Below, piece after piece: positions 17,853-25,870 of a stretch of DNA of 43,447 nucleotides. The notes under the pieces were generated by a model. It was not told the DNA's origin. It saw only the letters and a list, made by a program, of their open reading frames with translations, and did no database searches. Source of the stretch: a virus; IMG/VR virus record IMGVR_UViG_3300022744_000011. One strand, written 5' to 3'. Position 1 is the stretch's first letter. Every line of letters starts with the position of its first letter. The translations under genes and the position numbers were made by a program.

Positions 17853-18106
17853 GTTAATCTTAACGCCTTATTGATTCGCTGCATGGCTTAGGCTTTGCGT
17901 GCGTATCTGTGAGAGTCTGTTCTTTGCGTCCGTGCAGTTGGCACAATAGGACGGGCTTAGGGTATTCGCCTAAGTTGATGCTATAGAGCTGGGTTTGGTT
18001 TCCTGCGCCTTAGAGTATCTGTTAGTGCGTGTGCATGGGTGACTTTGTGCATGTGTTGGCAGAGATGGGACGGTGCGATTGTGGGCCAAGAATAGCGATG
18101 CGTGCT

Positions 18107-18141
18107 TATACGCCACAGGTGCAAGATACTGTGGGCGTATA
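18107..18141 (+). other. 12-bp hairpin with one bulge in the long early leader (possible RNA processing or regulatory structure)
   Basis: TATACGCCACAG (18107-18118) pairs with CTGT-G-GGCGTATA (18129-18141), 10-nt loop. Confidence 0.4.
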
Positions 18142-18276
18142 GGTGGGACTTCGTTTATACAGTTGGGGATGAGGAGTTCTCGCATCTATAGTTGGCTAAA
18201 TTTCAGACTGTAGGCAGTAGTCCGTCTGCTGCCTATGGCCTGCAATTTCGCAGGTTTACTCTCAGGAGTTACCATA

Positions 18277-18786
18277 ATGAAATCTATCTCTGAAATCAAC
18301 AAAGCCATCGAATCCATCGCCCGCAGTGGTGCTAAGCTCGACATTCTCATTCAAGATACAGGCGTATCTGTGCTTGAGCACTTCGCCGAGCACAAAGACA
18401 CAGGCGTGGTGAATCGTTTGTACATTGCATTGCCTAAGGGCGCACGTAAGCAAGCCATGGCTTCGTGGCTGTTGGCCTATGGTGCACTGTCACCTAACGT
18501 CAACAAAGAATCAAAGGCCGAGCAACCCTTCGTCTTTGACCGTGAAAAGCGCACCGATGCGCTCGCAGCGGCTCAGGACAAATGGTATGACCACAAGCCT
18601 GACAAAGCGCCTGACCAAGTTTTTGACTTGCAGAAGGCCATTCGCCAAGTGCTGAGCAAAGCCGCCAAGGGCAGTACAACAGCCACCACAGAGCAGTTGA
18701 AAGCGCTCGCCATGGCCGTGGGTATTCCTGAATCTGATGTGCCAAGCATGGTCAACCATGTGGACGCACCAGAAGCGGCAATGTAA
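18277..18786 (+). CDS. first early protein, function unknown
   Basis: AGGAG 18264-18268 then ATG 18277 (track start 18235 lacks an RBS); 169 aa. Confidence 0.75.
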   Translation: MKSISEINKAIESIARSGAKLDILIQDTGVSVLEHFAEHKDTGVVNRLYIALPKGARKQAMASWLLAYGALSPNVNKESKAEQPFVFDREKRTDALAAAQDKWYDHKPDKAPDQVFDLQKAIRQVLSKAAKGSTTATTEQLKALAMAVGIPESDVPSMVNHVDAPEAAM

Positions 18787-18840
18787 AACCAAGCTAGAAT
18801 CGGTTTAAACGCCCTTTCTAGCCGTTTTCTGGAGATTCCT

Positions 18841-18939
18841 ATGTCACGGCATAGGTGTCTCTTGAAAGCGCCTCAAAACGCTTTGCGCCACGCCCAAGGG
18901 GAGCCCAACGTCAGTTCGGGTGTGTGGATGCAGTGCTGA
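18841..18939 (+). CDS. possible small basic early protein (32 aa)
   Basis: GGAG 18831-18834, 6-nt spacer, ATG 18841, TGA 18937-18939; below the ORF-track length cutoff; no other support. Confidence 0.3.
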   Translation: MSRHRCLLKAPQNALRHAQGEPNVSSGVWMQC

Positions 18940-19040
18940 CCTTTTGCCCTTATTTTTATTAACCATGAGCGGTTCAAAGTGCGGGGGCAAAGGTGGGCGT
19001 ATCTGTGAAACAGTGCGTCAACCTTTGTCAAGGAGAGCCT

Positions 19041-19217
19041 ATGAAACATCGCCCTCAAACCTATGAGGAGTACGTCGATACCATGCGAGCGTACAAGCAC
19101 ATTCCTGCTGACTATCGCCTATGGAAGTCATGGCAGGACTATTACGACAAGCTACGCCCTGAGCGTATCGCTTTGCGTCAAGAGTATGAACGCCACCTGC
19201 TAGGGAGCATGGCATGA
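19041..19217 (+). CDS. early hypothetical protein (58 aa)
   Basis: AAGGAG 19030-19035 then ATG 19041; ATGA coupling to the next gene. Confidence 0.65.
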   Translation: MKHRPQTYEEYVDTMRAYKHIPADYRLWKSWQDYYDKLRPERIALRQEYERHLLGSMA

Positions 19218-19435
19218 TTCAAAGAACTGTGTCTATCGGCTTCATGCGTGAAGATGGTGACTTCGCCATTCTTGCCACGTTAAACAATGAAGACAAGCAC
19301 CTGAGCCACGAAGATTTTAACGAGCTGGTGGGCCATGTTGCAGTCACGTTGTGCTGCAAACTTATGCGCCAGATTGAAGTAATCGAACGTGAAGACACGC
19401 CGAACCACGTCAACCTCGACGAGAGTTACTGGTAA
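19214..19435 (+). CDS. early hypothetical protein (73 aa)
   Basis: ATGA overlap with the upstream stop; uninterrupted + frame. Confidence 0.6.
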   Translation: MIQRTVSIGFMREDGDFAILATLNNEDKHLSHEDFNELVGHVAVTLCCKLMRQIEVIEREDTPNHVNLDESYW

Positions 19436-19617
19436 CGCCAAAGAAGTGGACTGTCTCATACCACGTCTCATACCAAATCAAATGATGGCCTTTTGTTCAC
19501 CAAGTCGTAGGGCGGGTGGTGAGCAACTGGGAGCAGTACGCCAAGCGACAAACGTAGACTCACCAAGGGTGAGGCACATGCGGGCTTACTGCTGCCACTT
19601 GTTCATAAGGAGGAACT

Positions 19618-20097
19618 ATGGAGTTCACAGAATCTGAATTTAATCATGCACGTTGGAACTTGTCTAGTTTCGTGTGCACTAAGGCTCAACAAATGGAGCG
19701 GCGTTTCGCCCTTTCATGGAGGCCTGACCCACGAGCGCCAGAGACACTGCCAGAAATGCAGCGTGCCTATCGCCACTGCATCATTCACGCCACACCCTTT
19801 CCAATTTGGGACGGTGCGAGTGATGACACGATTTACATTAGCGCCAACGACAACTATGCGTTTCGTTTCTGGCACGACATGCTGCACCTAGCTTTGTACG
19901 CTGAGACGATTCTCGTTGACGAGGTAGAGCTAGGGCACATTCATGTGGGCTGTGTCATGGCGCAGTTCGGCATGCACTCACTCGAAGCCGCCATGATGCG
20001 AGCTGACACGATTGAGCAGAGCAAGTATGAGGCAGAGCACGGGCACTTTCCAGTGAACCAACTCGCCTTTGTTAAAGAGTGCGTTAGGAATATGTGA
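19618..20097 (+). CDS. early hypothetical protein (159 aa)
   Basis: TAAGGAGG RBS immediately upstream; His-rich segment FWHDMLHLAL, not assignable. Confidence 0.75.
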   Translation: MEFTESEFNHARWNLSSFVCTKAQQMERRFALSWRPDPRAPETLPEMQRAYRHCIIHATPFPIWDGASDDTIYISANDNYAFRFWHDMLHLALYAETILVDEVELGHIHVGCVMAQFGMHSLEAAMMRADTIEQSKYEAEHGHFPVNQLAFVKECVRNM

Positions 20098-20300
20098 TGG
20101 AAACTCACACGTTCAATGGCGTGCTCTACGATGTAGTGCCAGCGCCTTTCAGCACGAGTATCAACAAGTGCACAGGGTGCGCACTCGCCAACAATAAGCA
20201 CCGAGGTTTGTTGTGTCCAATCACAACATGCTCAGGCTTTGTACGTCCTGACCACAGTGACAAGATTTTAACCAACCCAAGGAACCCTCATGGAAATTAA
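20097..20300 (+). CDS. small Cys-containing hypothetical protein
   Basis: ATG 20097 overlaps upstream TGA (TGATG); AGGA 7 nt upstream; CTGC...C...C pattern suggests possible metal binding. Confidence 0.55.
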   Translation: METHTFNGVLYDVVPAPFSTSINKCTGCALANNKHRGLLCPITTCSGFVRPDHSDKILTNPRNPHGN

Positions 20301-20595
20301 ATCCTACCTAAAAGACATCCCACAACCACCACCTCCACCAACACAGCAGAAGCGTATCACCATCGACCTCACATTTGAGGAGTTCGCAGTGGTGCTTGCA
20401 TCTGTTGGAAAGTGTGACAATGATGACCGTGACCACTTCTTAAAGATGAGCGCAGAGCCTGAGTACCGCTCGCTTCACAACAAGATGCCGTTCTACATCT
20501 ATCAGGAGTTGCGCAAACACGCCATCGCTGCTGGTATTGTGAGGCCATTACGATGCCACCACAACCAGCACCTGCACCAACACCGCGCCACTTAA
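20290..20595 (+). CDS. hypothetical protein (101 aa) with PPPPP tract
   Basis: AAGGA RBS 20279-20283; 3' end uncertain because a Pro-rich alternative ORF (20553-20639) overlaps. Confidence 0.55.
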   Translation: MEIKSYLKDIPQPPPPPTQQKRITIDLTFEEFAVVLASVGKCDNDDRDHFLKMSAEPEYRSLHNKMPFYIYQELRKHAIAAGIVRPLRCHHNQHLHQHRAT

Positions 20596-20648
20596 CGTGG
20601 CCTTTCCCTTCACCCAAACCACAACCCACTTACCACTGAAAGACTACC

Positions 20649-21074
20649 ATGAAGAAAACATCTTTGATTCTCGCCATGTTCGCTGCCCTTGCACTCACTG
20701 CATGTGGCAAACCTGATACTGTATCGTTCAACACGTTGGAAGATGCACGTAATCAAGCCCGCTCAAACGCTGAGTACAACGCCGCTGCATACCGTGCAGA
20801 GAACCCACGCTATGACAACACGTTCAAGATTGTGGGCCACGGTGATTCAACTCAATCGCCAGAGTGTCCACAAGGTGATGGCTGGGCCACGCTCAGCATT
20901 ATGAAAGTCACAGGCAAAGAGGTGGAGAAGTACACACTCAAGTGCTCGACTGTCAGTGGTGCGCTGGGTTGCTACATCGACAGCGACTTCGTGAAGAAGC
21001 CATTTGCCAAGGATGAGGGCAACTGCCAGCCAGTGTCAAAGGTTCCATTCCCACTGCCCAAGATCGCCAAATGA
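20649..21074 (+). CDS. early secreted lipoprotein
   Basis: MKKTSLILAMFAALALTAC: signal peptide with lipobox LTAC; four further Cys in the mature part. Confidence 0.8.
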   Translation: MKKTSLILAMFAALALTACGKPDTVSFNTLEDARNQARSNAEYNAAAYRAENPRYDNTFKIVGHGDSTQSPECPQGDGWATLSIMKVTGKEVEKYTLKCSTVSGALGCYIDSDFVKKPFAKDEGNCQPVSKVPFPLPKIAK

Positions 21075-21184
21075 TTACGGTCACTGACATAACGTACCTC
21101 TTGACCGCCACGCTGAGTGGCATGTTTGCGCTTGGTATCTACATTGGGTACAAGCTGCGCAAGTTCGTAGAAAAACACACCTGA
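21071..21184 (+). CDS. 37-aa single-pass membrane peptide
   Basis: ATGA overlap with the lipoprotein stop; MITVTDITYLLTATLSGMFALGIYIGYKLRKFVEKHT (TM plus basic tail); below the track cutoff. Confidence 0.5.
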   Translation: MITVTDITYLLTATLSGMFALGIYIGYKLRKFVEKHT

Positions 21185-21193
21185 AAGAATCAC

Positions 21194-21343
21194 ATGACAG
21201 TTCTAGTTATTTACCGCGATGGCTCCACCGAGGAGCACTACTTCAACTCCGACACCAAAGGCCAAGCCAAGGCGCGTGAGTTTGCCCGCACTGCTGCCCA
21301 ACAATCGACAGTCACTAAGGCTGTGGTCAAGGAGACTGAGTAA
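21194..21343 (+). CDS. 49-aa hypothetical protein
   Basis: ATG 21194, TAA 21341-21343 overlapping the next ATG (TAATG); fills the gap between neighbours. Confidence 0.5.
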   Translation: MTVLVIYRDGSTEEHYFNSDTKGQAKAREFARTAAQQSTVTKAVVKETE

Positions 21344-21621
21344 TGCGAGCACCAACATTAACCCGTGCACTGATTGGTGTGGCTCGCCGCACTAAGGTGC
21401 TTGTCGAGGAGTGCATCGTCAAGGCAGTGCGCTTGCATGGCAAGATGCTTGATCGTGTTGTTCGCCGTGAAGAAGAAGTCTTGGTCGAGTTTGAAGACCG
21501 CACCAAGATTATGCAGCGTGCCTACTTGTTCGCCATGAACGAGGAGACTACGCAGTATTTCCGAACGAGCAACGTGCGCCGCGCTGCTGAGGCAGAGAAG
21601 CAAGAGCTTGGTTTGTTGTGA
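21343..21621 (+). CDS. hypothetical protein (92 aa)
   Basis: Translationally coupled on both sides. Confidence 0.6.
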   Translation: MRAPTLTRALIGVARRTKVLVEECIVKAVRLHGKMLDRVVRREEEVLVEFEDRTKIMQRAYLFAMNEETTQYFRTSNVRRAAEAEKQELGLL

Positions 21622-21812
21622 GTACAAACATCATCAACTTGCAAGAGGCACTAGAAAATCTCGAAGCAAAGAAGCCACCGGCTGATGTGCTCGCTGCTGC
21701 ACGTAAGTGTGCTCAGCACATGGCCGCTGGCATTAGCCCACCTTGGGACTTAGTGTGCTTTGTCACCAAGTGGATTGGTAAACACAACTCACAGGATCGC
21801 TATGGCAAATGA
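21618..21812 (+). CDS. hypothetical protein (64 aa)
   Basis: GTG start in GTGA overlap with the upstream stop. Confidence 0.5.
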   Translation: MSTNIINLQEALENLEAKKPPADVLAAARKCAQHMAAGISPPWDLVCFVTKWIGKHNSQDRYGK

Positions 21813-22134
21813 CATTCCCTTTCACATGGAGTACAAGCCCCATGCGATACGTCTTTACGTGCCTCTCGCCAAAGTAAGCAACGACTTTGAGCATGCACTC
21901 GCTGCCCTTATGGGTGGCTTCACTGTCACAGAAGCTCATGGTACATGGCGCATGGATGATGGTGCACTCTGCCGCGAGGTAGTGCGCATCTATTATGTTG
22001 TCGCTCGTGACGATGAGCGTAGTGAACTGGCGGTGCTCATTCAAGATGAGACACAACGCCTTCTCGAATCTGGTGAGGAAGCTGTGCTCGTTGAGTACCT
22101 CCGCACTGACTCTTTTATTTTTCGTAATCTCTAA
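21802..22134 (+). CDS. hypothetical protein (110 aa)
   Basis: ATG 21802 (track start 21760 lies deep in the previous gene); 11-nt overlap. Confidence 0.6.
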   Translation: MANDIPFHMEYKPHAIRLYVPLAKVSNDFEHALAALMGGFTVTEAHGTWRMDDGALCREVVRIYYVVARDDERSELAVLIQDETQRLLESGEEAVLVEYLRTDSFIFRNL

Positions 22135-22142
22135 GGAACTCC

Positions 22143-22547
22143 ATGTCTAAACTCGACAATCTGAACAAGCGCAAAGAACAACTCATCAAAACTTTGGAAG
22201 CAGCAAGCGCCAAGTTTACCAAGGCACAAGATGACTTGACAAAACTGAATGAGCAAATCGCTGTGGTTGAAGTGACCGCACAAATCGAGGGCGCTGTTAC
22301 TGCTGGCCTGCCTGCTGGCACACAAGTTGACTTCGTGTATGGCCGTGCCGAAACCAAGAAGACATACCAAGGTGTCGTCGTGGGCAGCAAGCCACAAGAG
22401 TCAGGCCCAACGCTGTACCGTATCAGCGTAGGCGAAGGCTTCGATCAACAGTTGTTCAACGTGACAGGCGTTGCGATTCAATCGCACAACTACAACCCTG
22501 CACCAGTGGACAGCACCTTGGACTACGTGTCGGGAGGCAACGAATAA
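22143..22547 (+). CDS. hypothetical protein, N-terminal coiled coil
   Basis: AAGGAA upstream; 134 aa. Confidence 0.7.
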   Translation: MSKLDNLNKRKEQLIKTLEAASAKFTKAQDDLTKLNEQIAVVEVTAQIEGAVTAGLPAGTQVDFVYGRAETKKTYQGVVVGSKPQESGPTLYRISVGEGFDQQLFNVTGVAIQSHNYNPAPVDSTLDYVSGGNE

Positions 22548-22756
22548 TGCGCGGCGATCTCACAGGTATCAAGTCTCGCATCCCTCACGCCATCGTTGAA
22601 GTGAAGGATTCACCACTCGCCAAGGGTGGCTGGGCTTTGAAGCTCATGCCACATGACGGCCACGAAGTTACTGCACCTACTGGTGCTGATCTCGCCGCTG
22701 CTCATAAGTTGGCTGAGGAATTTGTGCAACAAAACTTTCCCGGACGTACACTCTAA
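22547..22756 (+). CDS. hypothetical protein (69 aa)
   Basis: TAATG coupling on both sides. Confidence 0.6.
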   Translation: MRGDLTGIKSRIPHAIVEVKDSPLAKGGWALKLMPHDGHEVTAPTGADLAAAHKLAEEFVQQNFPGRTL

Positions 22757-23034
22757 TGCCAAGTCGTATCAAGAAAACATACTCATCACCTGAGTACGAA
22801 GCACGCAAGTTAGCTTATGCCAAGCTACCCTTGCTCAAGGTGCAACGTCCACTGCGCCACCTAGTTACGCATTGCTATGATGTAGTGCGTTCCTTGGTAC
22901 CACGCAGTGATGACGTGCACTCCATTGAGTTGGCACACTCTACGTTCAAGCGTATGACGAAGCCCCTCGTTGCGATAGCTAAGGCTGGCAACGGTGGTGC
23001 ACTTCAACGTATCGCCATGCGTAAGGTAGCCTGA
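22756..23034 (+). CDS. hypothetical protein (92 aa)
   Basis: TAATG / TGATG coupling. Confidence 0.6.
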   Translation: MPSRIKKTYSSPEYEARKLAYAKLPLLKVQRPLRHLVTHCYDVVRSLVPRSDDVHSIELAHSTFKRMTKPLVAIAKAGNGGALQRIAMRKVA

Positions 23035-23825
23035 TGCTCGACTCCGCTAGTTGGAAGTCACACACTACTCACCTACCGCCCGGACGGAGTGAGCGTGTTG
23101 ACCACGACTGCGGAGCTGGGCGCACACTTAAAGTGACGCACAAAGAGGATGGGTTCTCTGCCTACTGTTGGAGATGCTCCGACCATGGGTGGATTCCTCA
23201 TCCTCGCTTGTCGTTATCCGAAAGAATCGCAAAGCTCAACGCTGTGCGTAGCGTAGAGTTAGAAGCTACTGCTTCGCTCTCACTACCACAACCACAGCAG
23301 CATGACCCACAGCAATGGCCCGCCCGTGCTAGGGTATGGCTTTACAAAGCGGGGCTATCGAATGACGACATAATGCAGCTAGGTTTCTACTACTGCGAAC
23401 GCCTTGAGCGGGTAGTCATGCCGCTCTACGACAACGGCCAGCTCGTATACTGGCAGGCGCGTGGCTTCACGACCACGCATGCCAAGTACATCAACCCTAT
23501 CGTGAGTAAAGACAAGCTCGCTGCCAAGTATGGTAGTGGCCCAACCCTCGTACTCACTGAGGACATTCTCTCTGCGTATAGATGCAGCGCAGTTACACAG
23601 GCATGGTCTATCATGGGCACGTCGATACCTGATGGTGTCGCAACCATGATCCATGCACAACACAAGCCAGTCATCATCATGCTTGACCCTGATGCAGCGG
23701 GTATCAAGGGCAACATCAAAGCACGACGACAGCTCAGCCTGTTAGGTGTTGACTGCCGCATCATCGTACCACCCAAAGACCCCAAACTATTATCTCGAAA
23801 GGAACTTGAATGTCTCTTGACCTGA
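23034..23825 (+). CDS. DNA primase (zinc finger + TOPRIM, T7 gp4 N-terminal type)
   Basis: HDCGAG...CWRC zinc motif; TOPRIM-like LVLTEDILSAY and IIMLDPDAAG. Confidence 0.8.
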   Translation: MLDSASWKSHTTHLPPGRSERVDHDCGAGRTLKVTHKEDGFSAYCWRCSDHGWIPHPRLSLSERIAKLNAVRSVELEATASLSLPQPQQHDPQQWPARARVWLYKAGLSNDDIMQLGFYYCERLERVVMPLYDNGQLVYWQARGFTTTHAKYINPIVSKDKLAAKYGSGPTLVLTEDILSAYRCSAVTQAWSIMGTSIPDGVATMIHAQHKPVIIMLDPDAAGIKGNIKARRQLSLLGVDCRIIVPPKDPKLLSRKELECLLT

Positions 23826-25117
23826 CAGTAATGCGCTTGCTCAAGCACCGCACTGTCCATGACCGATTGATTCGCGCTGTGCCCAAGCATGCACTTGATG
23901 CGAAGACACAGATTATCTTGGATGACTTTGCAAAATTTTACAAGGAGTTTCCTGAGGTAGAGACTATCGACAGTGCGCTGTTCGGTAAGTGGTTCAAAGC
24001 ATTCGCGCATCCGAAGTTGAAGCCAGAGAACTACGCTGCATTCGATGCAATCTTTGCGTCGATGGCGGCTGATGTACCTGATGCAATCAAGCAAGGCGTG
24101 ATGCCACGCTTAGTAGCAGCGGCCAAGGCTTCGGAGTTGACTGACCTATTGCAGAAGTACAACGAGGGTGCAGAGGTCGATCTCTACATGGAGACACGCC
24201 GCATCGTCGAGGCGTTCGAGCTTGAGACTAACAAGAAAGTCAAGGTGCCTTGGGTTGACACGTCAATCGAATCGCTACTAGAAGATGAGAAGAATGACGT
24301 TGGCCTACACTGGCGACTCGAATGCTTGAACATGAGCATGCGCCCGCTACGTGGCGGTGACTTCGTTGTGATTGCAGGCAGGCCAGACAAAGGCAAGACT
24401 ACATTCCTCACTTCTGAGCTGTCGTACATGGCACCGCAGGTGCAGCAGATGTACGGTGACGAGCGCTCTATCTTGTGGTTCAACAACGAAGGGCCGGGCA
24501 AGCGCATCATCCAACGCTGCTACCAGTCAGCACTCAACGCCAGCATTAGTGACCTTGTTAAGTGGAGCAACACCGCAAGCGACAAGGGCAAGAAGAACTT
24601 GCTGCGTGAGAAGTATGACGAGGCAGTGGGTGGGCGCTGGGACATAATTAAAATCTTTGACATTCACGACTTCTGGTCGCACGAGGTTGAGGATATTATC
24701 CGCACTGTACCACCCGGCCTCATCGTGTTCGACATGGTGGACAACATCAAGTTCGGTGGTGAAGCAGGCAACAACGGACAACGCACTGACCAGTTACTCG
24801 AAGCCATGTATCAGTGGGCGCGTATCATTAGTGTGAAGTACGATGTACCTGTCATCGCCACATCACAGATCAGCAGCGAGGGTGATGGCATGCAGTGGCC
24901 CACCCTTGGTATGCTCAAGGATAGCAAGACAGGTAAGCAAGGTGCAGCCGAGGCGATCATCACTATTGGTGCGAGCAACGATCCCTTACTTACCAACTCA
25001 CGCTATATCAACACAACAAAGAACAAGTTACACCGCAGCGGTGGCCCACGTGAGCCACGTTGTGAGGTGTTCTTCGATGGCGAGAAGGGCCGCTACCTCA
25101 TGCCCTCAAATGTTTAG
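23810..25117 (+). CDS. DnaB-like replicative helicase (T7 gp4 C-terminal type)
   Basis: Walker A AGRPDKGKTTF, Walker B-like LIVFDMVD, IATSQ motif; AAGGA RBS. Confidence 0.85.
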   Translation: MSLDLTVMRLLKHRTVHDRLIRAVPKHALDAKTQIILDDFAKFYKEFPEVETIDSALFGKWFKAFAHPKLKPENYAAFDAIFASMAADVPDAIKQGVMPRLVAAAKASELTDLLQKYNEGAEVDLYMETRRIVEAFELETNKKVKVPWVDTSIESLLEDEKNDVGLHWRLECLNMSMRPLRGGDFVVIAGRPDKGKTTFLTSELSYMAPQVQQMYGDERSILWFNNEGPGKRIIQRCYQSALNASISDLVKWSNTASDKGKKNLLREKYDEAVGGRWDIIKIFDIHDFWSHEVEDIIRTVPPGLIVFDMVDNIKFGGEAGNNGQRTDQLLEAMYQWARIISVKYDVPVIATSQISSEGDGMQWPTLGMLKDSKTGKQGAAEAIITIGASNDPLLTNSRYINTTKNKLHRSGGPREPRCEVFFDGEKGRYLMPSNV

Positions 25118-25125
25118 GAGTTCGT

Positions 25126-25569
25126 ATGTATTTAGACAACGATGAAGTAGAGAAGTTCGGCTTAGAAGCTGTGCCTGAATCAGTCGATGACAACGGCGAT
25201 GAGCAAGGGTGCACTGGTTGCATCTTCGACGAGGCAGATGAAGTGCATGGCCTCACCTGCCACAATGTGCGCTGCCTTACACCAAGTGTTATATGGGTTA
25301 AGCGTGCTGACTTTAATCCAGTGCGCACCACTGACCCAGCTACTAGCCACCGCGCAGCACAGACTGCGACACAGCGCCGAGCCAGTATCAAGGATCACAT
25401 CCTGATTGAGCTGGCTGTGCATGGTGGCTGCACTGGCGAGGAGATTGCCAACCGCACCACGCTGCGATTGAACAGCATCACACCCCGCTTTGCTGAACTG
25501 ACACGAGCAGGCAAAATCAAGGACTCAGGCACGACACGCAACAAGCAGATCGTGTGGGTGATCGCTTGA
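25126..25569 (+). CDS. acidic N-terminus + winged-helix DNA-binding-like protein
   Basis: AGGAG RBS; C-terminal ASIKDHILIELAVHGGCTGEEIANRTTLRLNSITPRFAELTRAGKIKDSG looks like a MarR/ArsR-type wHTH. Confidence 0.55.
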   Translation: MYLDNDEVEKFGLEAVPESVDDNGDEQGCTGCIFDEADEVHGLTCHNVRCLTPSVIWVKRADFNPVRTTDPATSHRAAQTATQRRASIKDHILIELAVHGGCTGEEIANRTTLRLNSITPRFAELTRAGKIKDSGTTRNKQIVWVIA

Positions 25570-25703
25570 AATGCGGGCTGCTATGGCGCTGGTCTAGCGT
25601 CTGGGTAGGGTGGCATTGGTCGCCCTACAATCGTCGCTTGTGCGTCAATCTGATCCCATTCCTGACGGTGTGGGTCACACTCGAAGGAGGTAATGTACCG
25701 TGA
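25566..25703 (+). CDS. Trp-rich 45-aa hypothetical protein (non-ATG start)
   Basis: TTG 25566 overlaps upstream TGA (TTGA); frame open to TGA 25701-25703; KCGLLWRWSSVWVGWHWSPYNRRLCVNLIPFLTVWVTLEGGNVP; alternative GTG 25554. Confidence 0.4.
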   Translation: MKCGLLWRWSSVWVGWHWSPYNRRLCVNLIPFLTVWVTLEGGNVP

Positions 25704-25870
25704 GTACCAAAACAACGAAGCGTAAGACGCCGCTGCCCGCCCATCTATGGAAGCGTGGACGCAGTGGCAAAGTTATTTGCCAGTGTGGTACTGCATACGG
25801 TAGTGAGTACGATGGTCTGTGCTTTAACTGCCGTGGTATTACTGCCTATGAAGCGAGGGCACGACAATGA
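25700..25870 (+). CDS. 56-aa zinc-ribbon-like protein (GTG start)
   Basis: GGAGG 25686-25690, GTG 25700 overlapping the previous TGA (GTGA), TGA 25868-25870 overlapping the DNA polymerase ATG (ATGA); CQCG...CFNC. Confidence 0.55.
   Translation: MSTKTTKRKTPLPAHLWKRGRSGKVICQCGTAYGSEYDGLCFNCRGITAYEARARQ

Noticed and set aside
17970-18185. 71-aa - strand ORF in the early leader, and a 35-aa + strand ORF at 18035..18142.
   Set aside because: Neither has a ribosome-binding site, and both overlap the hairpin-rich leader. A - strand gene would oppose all transcription in this genome.
19555-19575. GACTCACCAAGGGTGAGG, which resembles the T7 promoter core GACTCACTATAGGGAGA.
   Set aside because: It is a single occurrence, with no other copies upstream of genes. 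The resemblance is partial and the sequence also forms a simple hairpin.
19389-19637. 82-aa + strand ORF spanning the 19436-19617 spacer.
   Set aside because: It overlaps the 3' end of one gene and the RBS and start of the next in a different frame. It has no RBS and gives an Arg-rich, odd-composition product.
20553-20639. 28-aa Pro-rich ORF (MPPQPAPAPTPRHLTWPFPSPKPQPTYH) with a GAGG RBS, overlapping the end of 20290..20595.
   Set aside because: It is not called as a gene because it is too short and low-complexity to separate from chance. It does make the 3' end of the 20290 gene uncertain.
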